Shown here one piece after another: positions 1-8,430 of a stretch of 64,000 nt of DNA. Position 1 is the stretch's first letter. The number at the start of each line of letters is the position of its first letter. Where the stretch lies: assembly GCA_944383335.1 (NCBI GenBank), contig CALWPD010000001.1:1901-65900 (forward strand), written 5' to 3'. The DNA is from an uncultured Clostridia bacterium. GTDB taxonomy: Bacteria; Bacillota; Clostridia; Christensenellales; UBA1242. The translations under genes and the position numbers were made by a program. Under the pieces are notes generated by a model. The model did no database searches. It was not told where the DNA came from and saw only the letters and a list, made by a program, of their open reading frames with translations.

Positions 1-1228
1 CTCCAATAATTACATATTTTAAAAAATCTGATTTATCGCTGAGTGTGTCCAAAAAATCCATAAATGGTTGAAAATGATTGTATAAAAGTTTATAAAGTCC
101 TATTATATCAGTTTTCTCTTTACGAATTTTATTGATGACAGTTGCAATATCACGCTTTACAACTTCGTTTATTTTTTCTTGCATCTGATTTGAAAGAATG
201 AGAGATTTTAATGATTTTTTATCATCATCCAAAGTTTGAATAATCTCAAGCGGTGTCAACATCAAAGAAATTTCATATGTTACATATGGCCTACCAGAGA
301 GAAATTTAACTTTTGGTGAAACTCTATGGCTATCTATCGCAAAGGTTATGCTTGCATCTTGCATATTCTGTTCGTTAACTTCGGTGATGGTTATAATCTT
401 TTGAAGGTCGCTTTCAACTATCCAATTCACACCTTTCATCTCGTCTTTTGTCAATAGATATTGAAATTTACCTTTATTGAATACCGCATGTTCTGTCTTA
501 TATGAAATTGTGCTTTTTTTCTCTTGTTCGCCTGACTGTGCATCAGACGCCGTTTGCTCTTGTCCGCCAGACTGTGCTTGCCCTGACGAACTACTATCTA
601 TGCCGTTTATAGGCTCACTTTCAAGCTTAACATATCCAAGTGTGGATATTTTAATGTCAGAATAATATCCTTTCAAAAATGAATCAATGCTTATATCTTT
701 TGTGTATGTTTCATTAAACTCATTGTTTATCATTTCACGCATTTTATACGATGATGATTGCTCCAATTTTTGAGCACTATCCAATAAATCTTTTGCCTTG
801 CCACTGCAATAAAGTAATGGAATGGTGTTTGAAATTTTCCCACCAATGATTAAAGCATTTAATATCTCTGCAATGTTGTCATCTGCAAAGTCTTGAGATA
901 TAACTATATATCCAACATGCCCCATTAAAATGCGTCTACCAACAGCCGACTCTATGCTTGAGAAAGCATTGGCTAGTGTAGCGCCAGTCCCTTCCAAAAG
1001 TTTGGTGTTTTCTCGCATCTCAGATTTTGAAATTTCTGATAAAGCCAACACTGAAACTGCAATTTCTTCGTCCTGCTTGTCCACGCCAATGGCAGTTATT
1101 ATTGCACTGCGGAAACTTAGCGATGGAATGGTTATTGCTGAAGGTAAAAAAATTATCAGCACCAAAATAAAATAATAAAGTGCATACGAACATTTAATTT
1201 TGTTTAGACTTCTCTTTAACCAACTCAT
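1..1228 (-). CDS. Ger(x)C-family spore germination receptor subunit (partial; C-terminal end lies beyond window start)
   Basis: Absent from the ORF track because it runs off the window. Manual minus-strand translation from ATG at 1228 (SD AAGGAGAAAGG upstream; overlaps the preceding stop by 35 nt) gives MSWLKRSLNKIKCSYALYYFILVLIIFLPSAITIPSLSFRSAIITAIGVDKQDEEIAVSVLALSEISKSEMRENTKLLEGTGATLANAF... I verified the frame codon-by-codon only for about 960-1228. The rest, down to position 1, was read less rigorously and appeared open. The AIGVDK-type motif and the position after A- and B-subunit genes fit the third gene of a gerA-type operon. Confidence 0.7.
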   Translation of the reverse strand, partial: MSWLKRSLNKIKCSYALYYFILVLIIFLPSAITIPSLSFRSAIITAIGVDKQDEEIAVSVLALSEISKSEMRENTKLLEGTGATLANAFSSIESAVGRRILMGHVGYIVISQDFADDNIAEILNALIIGGKISNTIPLLYCSGKAKDLLDSAQKLEQSSSYKMREMINNEFNETYTKDISIDSFLKGYYSDIKISTLGYVKLESEPINGIDSSSSGQAQSGGQEQTASDAQSGEQEKKSTISYKTEHAVFNKGKFQYLLTKDEMKGVNWIVESDLQKIITITEVNEQNMQDASITFAIDSHRVSPKVKFLSGRPYVTYEISLMLTPLEIIQTLDDDKKSLKSLILSNQMQEKINEVVKRDIATVINKIRKEKTDIIGLYKLLYNHFQPFMDFLDTLSDKSDFLKYVIIG

Positions 1229-2306
1229 CACCTTTCTCCTTATCAAATAAAAGTAAAGAAACATAAAACAAAGGTATAATTATCCACGCCAAAATGCCAA
1301 AGTATTTTAAATAATTAAATACAAAATTTATAATTAATTCAAGATTATAAAATACAAATAATTGAAGTGTTATAATTGAAAGTGTTATAAAAATTATCGA
1401 ATGAATTTTATTTTGATATCCAACTATTTTTTCATATATATTTTTTGCTGTTAAAAAATATATTGCTCCTTGGAAAAAAATAATAAACATATAAACCAAA
1501 ATTGCAATAATATCAATATTCCCAGAATTTCCTATATTTCTATTATATTGTGTTATATCAGCAATGGCATCTTTATGCAAAAATGCAGTTACATTAAATA
1601 GTCTTATATAAATTATATATAGCGCAATTAAAATAATTAATGTAATAATAACATATGCAAAAATAATTTTTTTCATATTTTTTTGATATTTTATTTTATC
1701 AGATAAAATAGCAACAAATAAAAAATCTGAAAACCAGAAGCCGACTTCACCACAAGTGTTTAAAATATTAGAAATGTTCTCTTTAAAAATTGGGCCAATC
1801 TCTCCATATGAAAAGGTTATCTCTGATAAAAATAGGCAAAATACTAACCCGATAAATATAAAAACAAAACCAAATTCAACAGTCCTTGCCGAATTTTTTA
1901 AGCCCGAATAAACCATTGATATCACAACTGGCAAAAAAGTCATGAGATATAAAGTAAGCTTAAAATCTTCATCTACGATATCTCGCATATAGGATATTGC
2001 TTCGTTGTTTAACATCAAAATTTTTAAAATAAAAATCCCAAACAAAAAAGAATATATGATTTTTGCAACTATTGTACCAAAAACCTTTTTTATAAGTTCA
2101 TAAAGTGAAAGATCTGGATATTTTTCTTTTGCTTTTAAATATAGAAAAAGAATCATTAAATCTAACGCAAACATAATAAGAGCTACGATTATAGCGCTTG
2201 ATGTTGACATTTCGACAAGTATTGAAGGAAGTGTTATAAGTTTTAGAGCAAGCATAGAAATTGCACAAAAACACGCTGTTTGCCTTACGGAAATTTGTTC
2301 ACTCAC
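1194..2306 (-). CDS. spore germination receptor subunit B (GerAB / spore-permease type integral membrane protein)
   Basis: 370-aa polytopic hydrophobic ORF between the GerAA-type and GerAC-type genes, overlapping both (8 nt and 35 nt). Confidence 0.8.
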   Translation of the reverse strand: MSEQISVRQTACFCAISMLALKLITLPSILVEMSTSSAIIVALIMFALDLMILFLYLKAKEKYPDLSLYELIKKVFGTIVAKIIYSFLFGIFILKILMLNNEAISYMRDIVDEDFKLTLYLMTFLPVVISMVYSGLKNSARTVEFGFVFIFIGLVFCLFLSEITFSYGEIGPIFKENISNILNTCGEVGFWFSDFLFVAILSDKIKYQKNMKKIIFAYVIITLIILIALYIIYIRLFNVTAFLHKDAIADITQYNRNIGNSGNIDIIAILVYMFIIFFQGAIYFLTAKNIYEKIVGYQNKIHSIIFITLSIITLQLFVFYNLELIINFVFNYLKYFGILAWIIIPLFYVSLLLFDKEKGDELVKEKSKQN

Positions 2307-3717
2307 TTTTCAGTCCCCTTATATCATCATTCGACTTTATTGACTGTGGTCTTTTTCTCATCTTTGGTATGGGCTTTTTATGCAGTCCATCCTTTAAATC
2401 TTGCTGCACTCTTGGAGAGTATGGTGCAAGATTTGGTGCATTAAATTCATTCATAGAATTTAAATAGTTTACAAAATATATCATACCGCCAACCACACCT
2501 AGTAGTCCAAGCGTTCCGCCCAACAACAAAAACACAAGCCTTACTATGTTTAGTTGTGGTGCCTGATTTGGCACTGTGTAAACAGCTATTAAACTAAGAG
2601 CTATAACAATTATCCCCGGTGGAGATATAAGTCCTGCCTGCACTCCTGTATCTCCAAGCACAAGTGCGCCAACAATGCTTGTTGCAATACCCAAATATCT
2701 TGGAAGCCTTAAGCTCACCTCATAAAGCATCTGAAATAAAATCAAGATAAACAAAACTTCAATAAATGGCGTAAAAGGTAAATTTTGTGTTGTGGCGCTT
2801 ATGGTTAATATATATTTAAGTGGCACAACCCTGTAGTGATAAAGTCTTAAACTTAAATAAACGCCCGGAATCACTGTTGCCATTATTATGCCAAAAGCAC
2901 GAACATATCTAATAAAAGTGGCATAATGTGAGTTGGTGTAGTAGTCATTGCTATTTTGAATATCCTCAAACATCACAAAAGGAAAAGTTATAACTATTGG
3001 AGAACCATCAACTGCAATCGCAACACGCCCTTCCATGAGCTTTGCTGTTACAATATCCGGTTTTTCCATTGAGCCATATTGTTCAAATAATGAATTGGGC
3101 CTACCTACGATATATTCCACCAAATAGTGTGGATCAAGCACAATATCTGTATTTATTTTTTTTAGTTTATTTTCAATTTTTTTTACTATTTTTTTATCTG
3201 CCAAATTGTCCATGTAAAACATAGATACCTGTGTATGCGACATCTCGCCAACAAAAAAACTTTTGATTACTAAATGCTTTGATGGCAACTGTTTGCGCAT
3301 AAGTGCTATGGTGGTTTTTATGCTTTCTGTAAAGCCTTCCCTTGGACCTTGAATTGTTGGCGAAGTGGGTGGCTCGGCTGGTTGTCTTGTTGGAAAAAAC
3401 TCCATATCAATGGCAAGTGCATCTGTTTCGCCGTCAACAAACAACAAAACTTTGCTTCTTAATAAGCACCTTACGAAGTCATCTTTTTTAACATTCTCAA
3501 TCTCTGCAACTTTTAAAACACTTGATGACAAAACATTTAAATTTACTTCACCTTTGTGCTCTAATAGCGGGGATATTACTGAATGCACTAAAAGAGTTTT
3601 ATCTATGGTACTTTTTATAAACAAAAGATAGACATTTTTATCGTTAACTAAAAATTGTCTTTCTACAATATCTGGATTATTATTTAATTGTTTTTTTATA
3701 TCCTCTATAATTTTCAT
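2299..3717 (-). CDS. spore germination receptor subunit A (GerAA/GerKA family)
   Basis: Contains the QGPREGFTESIKTTIALMRKQL segment typical of the GerA family, plus a C-terminal membrane domain. The ORF-track start (GTG 3732) lies inside the SD AGGTGG, so ATG at 3717 (MKIIEDI...) is preferred. Confidence 0.85.
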   Translation of the reverse strand: MKIIEDIKKQLNNNPDIVERQFLVNDKNVYLLFIKSTIDKTLLVHSVISPLLEHKGEVNLNVLSSSVLKVAEIENVKKDDFVRCLLRSKVLLFVDGETDALAIDMEFFPTRQPAEPPTSPTIQGPREGFTESIKTTIALMRKQLPSKHLVIKSFFVGEMSHTQVSMFYMDNLADKKIVKKIENKLKKINTDIVLDPHYLVEYIVGRPNSLFEQYGSMEKPDIVTAKLMEGRVAIAVDGSPIVITFPFVMFEDIQNSNDYYTNSHYATFIRYVRAFGIIMATVIPGVYLSLRLYHYRVVPLKYILTISATTQNLPFTPFIEVLFILILFQMLYEVSLRLPRYLGIATSIVGALVLGDTGVQAGLISPPGIIVIALSLIAVYTVPNQAPQLNIVRLVFLLLGGTLGLLGVVGGMIYFVNYLNSMNEFNAPNLAPYSPRVQQDLKDGLHKKPIPKMRKRPQSIKSNDDIRGLKSE

Positions 3718-3770
3718 AAAAAAACATACCACCTAAAAGTAGTATGTTTTTAATTAAAAATTATATTCTT

Positions 3771-5057
3771 TTATTCAAACTTTACATTTACTTCGCTTGA
3801 ACTTAAAAGATATACATCATCACCAAGTGCACGAATAGATAAACTGGTTATGTCTTTTGCCAAAATGTGTGGACTTAAATCAATATTTATTGTGCCTGCA
3901 AAATTCGTTTTGTAAGTGTACTTATACGTTTGATTAATTGTTATCTCAAAGGTTATCATTAAATCTTTTTGTTCATCACTATCAATATTAAATGAAAGTA
4001 CATTACTTGATCTACTATAACTCACATCGCTTGGAGACAAAAGTTGTTTCACAATATCATATTCGACTGGAGCGCTAAGATTGCTATTAGTATAAAAACT
4101 TCCTGCCTGTGAAATTGCTTGGACATACAAATAATACTTTCCTGCAGGGTTTATTTTTAAGGCCGACAAATCAAAAGAAATAGTTTGAGATGTTTCAGCG
4201 GCTTGCTCAACCGTGAAATAAAGTGGTACACTGCCATCTGTTCCATAATATACATAATAAGCACTGGCATTCGCTATCCTTTGCCAAAAAAGCGAATTTG
4301 ATTGCATGTTTACAACTGGAGTATCAAGCACATCTCGATATACATATGTGTAAACTGCACTATATTCTGAATTTTCTCTTTCGTTCTTGCCTATGTATCT
4401 TGCTTGAATTTGATATTCTCCCACATTTTTAAGATAACTTGTAAATGTAAAGCTTGGGCTGTCTGATTTTATTATATCACTTTTTTCATCGTTGGAGATT
4501 TTAAACTCATATTTTATTGCCTTATTGTTCTCTTTTACACTAACTATTGTTCTATCACTTAGTGAATGCACTGTTATATTTGGTGGCGCCTGAATTTTTG
4601 TATACTGTGGTGAAAGTCCAAATACAAGCCCAATCACAAGTCCAATTATACACAATATACAAATCGTAATTATTATCCAAAATTTTTTCCCAAATTTGTG
4701 TTTTTTATTTCCATTATCGTCAAATGTTTCTTGCTGTTTACTTTCTTTCTTGGATTTTTTCTCTGATTTTTTTTCTTTTACTTTTTTGGGTTTTTTTATT
4801 TTTGATTTCTTACCATCACTATTTGTCAAAGGTTCACTTTGTGCTGTTTCATCATGTAATGTTTGTAAGTCATCATTTTGCACACTTACACTAGCGGAGT
4901 TTTTAACTTCGCTTGATTGCTGACGCCTCTTTTCAAACATCTTTTTGATATGTTCTGGCATTTGTATTTGATTGTCTAAATTTTTATCATCCATATGCGC
5001 CTTTAACCTTAGTTTACACAATTTATTATAATTTAACACCACAAAAGTGTCAAACAA
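3771..5057 (-). CDS. hypothetical single-pass membrane protein (Lys/Glu-rich cytoplasmic N-terminus, beta-rich extracellular region)
   Basis: Long ORF. It has a KKSKIKKPKKVKEKKSEKKSKKESK low-complexity stretch, one TM helix (FWIIITICILCIIGLVIGLVFGL) and then about 270 aa of Y/S/T-rich sequence. No family recognised. The true start may be the internal MDDKNLD (4994). Confidence 0.5.
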   Translation of the reverse strand: MFDTFVVLNYNKLCKLRLKAHMDDKNLDNQIQMPEHIKKMFEKRRQQSSEVKNSASVSVQNDDLQTLHDETAQSEPLTNSDGKKSKIKKPKKVKEKKSEKKSKKESKQQETFDDNGNKKHKFGKKFWIIITICILCIIGLVIGLVFGLSPQYTKIQAPPNITVHSLSDRTIVSVKENNKAIKYEFKISNDEKSDIIKSDSPSFTFTSYLKNVGEYQIQARYIGKNERENSEYSAVYTYVYRDVLDTPVVNMQSNSLFWQRIANASAYYVYYGTDGSVPLYFTVEQAAETSQTISFDLSALKINPAGKYYLYVQAISQAGSFYTNSNLSAPVEYDIVKQLLSPSDVSYSRSSNVLSFNIDSDEQKDLMITFEITINQTYKYTYKTNFAGTINIDLSPHILAKDITSLSIRALGDDVYLLSSSEVNVKFE

Positions 5058-5119
5058 ATATACCTTAAAAATATTGACAGATCACTTAATTGATTCTATA
5101 CTTTTTCTTGAGGTTACAA

Positions 5120-5704
5120 ATGAAAAAGTTTTTTAGTGATTTTAAAAAATTTATAACTCGTGGAAATGTTGTTGATATGGCAATAGGCGTTATTGTTGCA
5201 AGTGCTTTCACTGCGATAGTAACCGCTCTGACAAATGGTATTATTATGCCATTTATTAATTATCTACTTTCTCTTGGTGGCACTGGACTTGATAGTGCTT
5301 ACACATTCTTAAAAAGAGTTGAAGATCCTTTGACTGGTGAAGTTGATCTTGCAAACAGTATTTACATCGATTGGGGTTCGTTTATAACATCCATTATAAA
5401 TTTCTTGCTTGTTGCATTTGTGTTATTTTGCATTTTAAGAATTTTTATGAAATCAAAAGGATTTTTGCAAAAACAAATCTCTGAATATCCTACAAGTGCA
5501 GAAAGAAAACAACTTAAAGCCATGGGTGTAAATGTTAAGAACAAGCGTGAGCTACTTGCAAAGACAATAGAACTTCGTGAAAAGAAAAAGGCGGAAGAAG
5601 AAGAAAAGAAACGCCTTGAACACAAACCAACCACAGAAGAACTACTTGCGGATATAAAGATCCTACTGGAAAAACAATCGCAAAACAAAAAAGAAGAAGA
5701 ATAA
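5120..5704 (+). CDS. mscL: large-conductance mechanosensitive channel MscL (with extended TM2-to-C-helix linker)
   Basis: FKKFITRGNVVDMAIGVIVASAFTAIVTALTNGIIMP is the canonical MscL N-terminus/TM1. The C-terminal TTEELLADIKILLEKQ matches the MscL C-terminal helix. Start moved to ATG 5120 (SD GAGG 7 nt upstream); the track start at 5090 is a TTG. Confidence 0.9.
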   Translation: MKKFFSDFKKFITRGNVVDMAIGVIVASAFTAIVTALTNGIIMPFINYLLSLGGTGLDSAYTFLKRVEDPLTGEVDLANSIYIDWGSFITSIINFLLVAFVLFCILRIFMKSKGFLQKQISEYPTSAERKQLKAMGVNVKNKRELLAKTIELREKKKAEEEEKKRLEHKPTTEELLADIKILLEKQSQNKKEEE

Positions 5705-5713
5705 ATAAAATTT

Positions 5714-5739
5714 GGGCTTGTTTATTGCAAGCCTTTTTC
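5714..5739 (+). terminator. intrinsic terminator after mscL
   Basis: gggcttg-tttattg-caagcc stem-loop followed by TTTTT. Confidence 0.6.
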
Positions 5740-5781
5740 ATATTTTTTTTATAACTTTAATATATTAAATTAGGAGATTTT

Positions 5782-6039
5782 ATGGTGAAAGAAAATATAT
5801 TAAGACTAGTAAATAGAAATGACCTAAGTATAACTGGTGTTGAAAAAGTAATCTCTTTTTCTCCAAATGAGGTCAATTTGCAAGCACTTGACTGTGAAAT
5901 GAAAATAATAGGAAGAGAACTCCAAACTGTTAAACTTGATGAAGAAAATGGCGACCTTGTAATAAGTGGAGTTATTGAAAGTATAAAATGGAGTGATAAA
6001 AAAGAAAAGCAAAGTTTGCTTAAAAGAATATTCAAATGA
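5782..6039 (+). CDS. yabP: sporulation protein YabP
   Basis: 85 aa. The pattern LVNRNDLSITGVEKVISFSPNEVNLQ...LVISGVIESIKW is typical of YabP. SD AGGAG lies upstream, and ATGA stop/start coupling links it to the next gene. Confidence 0.8.
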   Translation: MVKENILRLVNRNDLSITGVEKVISFSPNEVNLQALDCEMKIIGRELQTVKLDEENGDLVISGVIESIKWSDKKEKQSLLKRIFK

Positions 6040-6413
6040 TTCTTTTTGAAACTCTCTCTCAACCTTTAATATTATTTTTTGTTATTGTGTCTGGTTTTTT
6101 ATCTGGGCTTTTCTTTGATGTTGCATATATAATATCTTTTCTTTGTAATGATAACAAAATTGTCAAAAACTTATTAGAATTTTTTTCTACAGTGTGCACT
6201 TTTTTTGTACTGTTTTTAATCAATCAAAAATTTTTATATGGTCAGTTTAGATTATATGTAGTACTATTCTTTTTTCTATCTCTAATATTTGAACAACTTA
6301 GTCTTGGAAAACTTATTGCAAAAACTAGAAATTGGTGTTATCATATGTTTAAGAAATTTTCACAAAGGATAGTTAAATTATGCAAGAGAAGAAAAAATTC
6401 AAAACAACACTAA
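6036..6413 (+). CDS. yabQ: spore cortex biosynthesis protein YabQ-like membrane protein
   Basis: 125-aa hydrophobic protein with GFLSGLFFDVAYI, immediately after yabP as in Bacillus/Clostridia. Confidence 0.65.
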   Translation: MILFETLSQPLILFFVIVSGFLSGLFFDVAYIISFLCNDNKIVKNLLEFFSTVCTFFVLFLINQKFLYGQFRLYVVLFFFLSLIFEQLSLGKLIAKTRNWCYHMFKKFSQRIVKLCKRRKNSKQH

Positions 6414-6685
6414 TTATCATGTCTGTCGTGGCGTGTTGCTTTTTGCTTGTTGGAATAATTCAAACCTTTGTATTAAACTCTCAAAAAAGTACATTAAATG
6501 ACCTTGAAAACACAAATGCTGAACTTGGTTTAAAAGAAGAAGAACTTAAAGAAATCCACGACTACATGTGTCAAATTGAAGGCGAACATGATGAAAAAGA
6601 ATGTATCATTGACAATAACTACTTAGAAAAATATTGGGAATTAAACAATGGTTATGGTGAAGATGGTGATAAGATAGTCCAATAA
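6380..6685 (+). CDS. divIC: septum formation initiator (DivIC/FtsB-like)
   Basis: One N-terminal TM helix followed by a coiled coil (LNDLENTNAELGLKEEELKEI). Conserved yabP-yabQ-divIC gene order. Confidence 0.6.
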   Translation: MQEKKKFKTTLIIMSVVACCFLLVGIIQTFVLNSQKSTLNDLENTNAELGLKEEELKEIHDYMCQIEGEHDEKECIIDNNYLEKYWELNNGYGEDGDKIVQ

Positions 6686-6690
6686 AAAAT

Positions 6691-6720
6691 AAAGGCAAAG
6701 TTAAAGCCTTTATTTTTTTG
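6691..6720. terminator. bidirectional intrinsic terminator between convergent genes
   Basis: taaaggc-aaagttaaa-gccttta stem with an A-run upstream and TTTTTTT downstream. It overlaps the last codons of the minus-strand gene 6710..7201. Confidence 0.6.
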
Positions 6721-7201
6721 TGTTGATTTTTAGTCTCGCACCACAATATTCGCAAGCAGAAATCTCTTTATCTAAAGCAAGCGTTGCCCCACAATATGGG
6801 CACTTATGAGTTATCACTGTCTCTTGGTTCTGAATAGGCTTTAGTACTTCACCTTCAATCAAATATCCTTTTAAATATCTATTTGTGATCAAAAAATTTA
6901 TAGTGGAAAGTACAGCCTTTGGTTTCTGCCCTATACTTGAAGCAATGCTGTTTATGTTTAACAAATTGTCATTTATAATACAATCCAAAACTGCAATATT
7001 TGTTTTTTGTTCAACATATTTCACAAATGCTATTGGTGTGCCATAAAACCCTAAAACGACACCAACAATGCCCACAACCAGTAAAAAAGTTATACCTTTT
7101 GTTGCTCCAAATATTATTCCCAAAATTCCAAACACGAAAAAACAAAACAACAAAATACAAAAAATTAATGTTTTTATGTGAGTTGATTTTAATTTATTCA
7201 T
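6710..7201 (-). CDS. hypothetical membrane protein with C-terminal zinc ribbon
   Basis: Two to three N-terminal TM helices, a middle region and a C-terminal CPYCG...CEYCG motif. Confidence 0.5.
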   Translation of the reverse strand: MNKLKSTHIKTLIFCILLFCFFVFGILGIIFGATKGITFLLVVGIVGVVLGFYGTPIAFVKYVEQKTNIAVLDCIINDNLLNINSIASSIGQKPKAVLSTINFLITNRYLKGYLIEGEVLKPIQNQETVITHKCPYCGATLALDKEISACEYCGARLKINTKK

Positions 7202-7233
7202 ATTATAATTATATTACAAGTAAATAAAAATGT

Positions 7234-8361
7234 CTAGTTTTCGCAATATCTTTGTATCATTTTTACTTCATCAGGTTTAAGTTCAACATCATCTTGGCTC
7301 AAAAGGCACATTGTGCTTATTGATCCTATATTGGTTGCTTGGCTATTTGCAATGATTTTTCGTACGGAGAAGTTTGTTTTATCACTATACATTCCGGGTC
7401 TATCTTTAAAATATGTATCGAGCGCTGATAGTACTCCTAATGTGTTTAAAACAAACACAACAACATTTTGACCATGATATAATAAGCTTTTTGAATAGTT
7501 TAAAGCATCGTTTATTTTGGCAAAACTGTACTGAGTAGGCTCATCCATTAGCGTTAAGATTTGAGTTAAACCATCAATCATATCAAGTTTAAGTTTTGTT
7601 TCAATTCTAGCTTCAAGGCTGATTACGACGCATTTGCATCCTTTTTCATTAAACTTTTTAGTTTTTTCTTTGATATATTGTATTTGCATATCTAGATTTT
7701 GGCAAACATGCACCTTCGATTGCCCCATTTTAAAGTCTTGACCGTCTAGTTCTGCATTCGGTATAATGGGCGTAAAATCCAAATTGTACTTATTTTGCAC
7801 CGCAGACAAGTCATCTATTTCGCTTATCTCATTCACCCTGCCATAGCCTTTGTTTTTATAATAATATGCCGTCCCATGAATTAGATCTCCAACAATGAGG
7901 TTATATTTCTCGATGTAATTTTCATCAATAATGACCATTGTCCTATCTTTGATTTTAATTTGACTTATGACAAAATAATTATTTTGGCTTGTTTTGCTTA
8001 AAATACCTTTGAATTCGATTATATTCGTACTCAAAGGCAACTCACTCTCCACAAAATTTTGATCCAGCACAATGTAATTATCGTCCTGCTTTTGTGGAGA
8101 TATGAAATATTCCAGTTCCTTGTCTCCATTTATGATTAAATTGCTTTGAAGATCACCTTCATCTCCAATAGTTTTGACTGGACGGCCAATTTTTTTGTTA
8201 AACACAGGCTTTTGTTCGCCGCGTTGAATTCTCAAAATCTCACTTATTAAAATATCTCGCCTTTTTGATGTTGGAGAATTTACGCCACAATGTCTCGCTA
8301 TACGCCTTAAGTCATATATTCCCAATTTTTCCAATTTATCTTCTGTAATGCCGTTGTACAT
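7234..8361 (-). CDS. Rho-like protein with Rho_N and RNA-binding-like regions but degenerate ATPase motifs
   Basis: The N-terminus LEKLGIYDLRRIARHCGVNSPTSKRRDILISEIL resembles the Rho N-terminal helix bundle. YIEKYNLIVGDLIHGTA aligns with Rho QIRRFNLRTGDTISGKI. FKMGQSKVHVCQNLDMQIQYI sits where Rho has [25 protein letters not shown], so the P-loop is absent. LMDEPTQYSFAKINDALNYSKSLLYHGQNVVVFVLNTL aligns with Rho [38 protein letters not shown]. Good SD (AGGAGGAAGCC-ATG). Confidence 0.6.
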   Translation of the reverse strand: MYNGITEDKLEKLGIYDLRRIARHCGVNSPTSKRRDILISEILRIQRGEQKPVFNKKIGRPVKTIGDEGDLQSNLIINGDKELEYFISPQKQDDNYIVLDQNFVESELPLSTNIIEFKGILSKTSQNNYFVISQIKIKDRTMVIIDENYIEKYNLIVGDLIHGTAYYYKNKGYGRVNEISEIDDLSAVQNKYNLDFTPIIPNAELDGQDFKMGQSKVHVCQNLDMQIQYIKEKTKKFNEKGCKCVVISLEARIETKLKLDMIDGLTQILTLMDEPTQYSFAKINDALNYSKSLLYHGQNVVVFVLNTLGVLSALDTYFKDRPGMYSDKTNFSVRKIIANSQATNIGSISTMCLLSQDDVELKPDEVKMIQRYCEN

Positions 8362-8430
8362 GGCTTCCTCCTAATTTGTTGTAGTTTACCATATTTTTGT
8401 ACAAAAGTAAACATTTTTAAATAAATTGTT

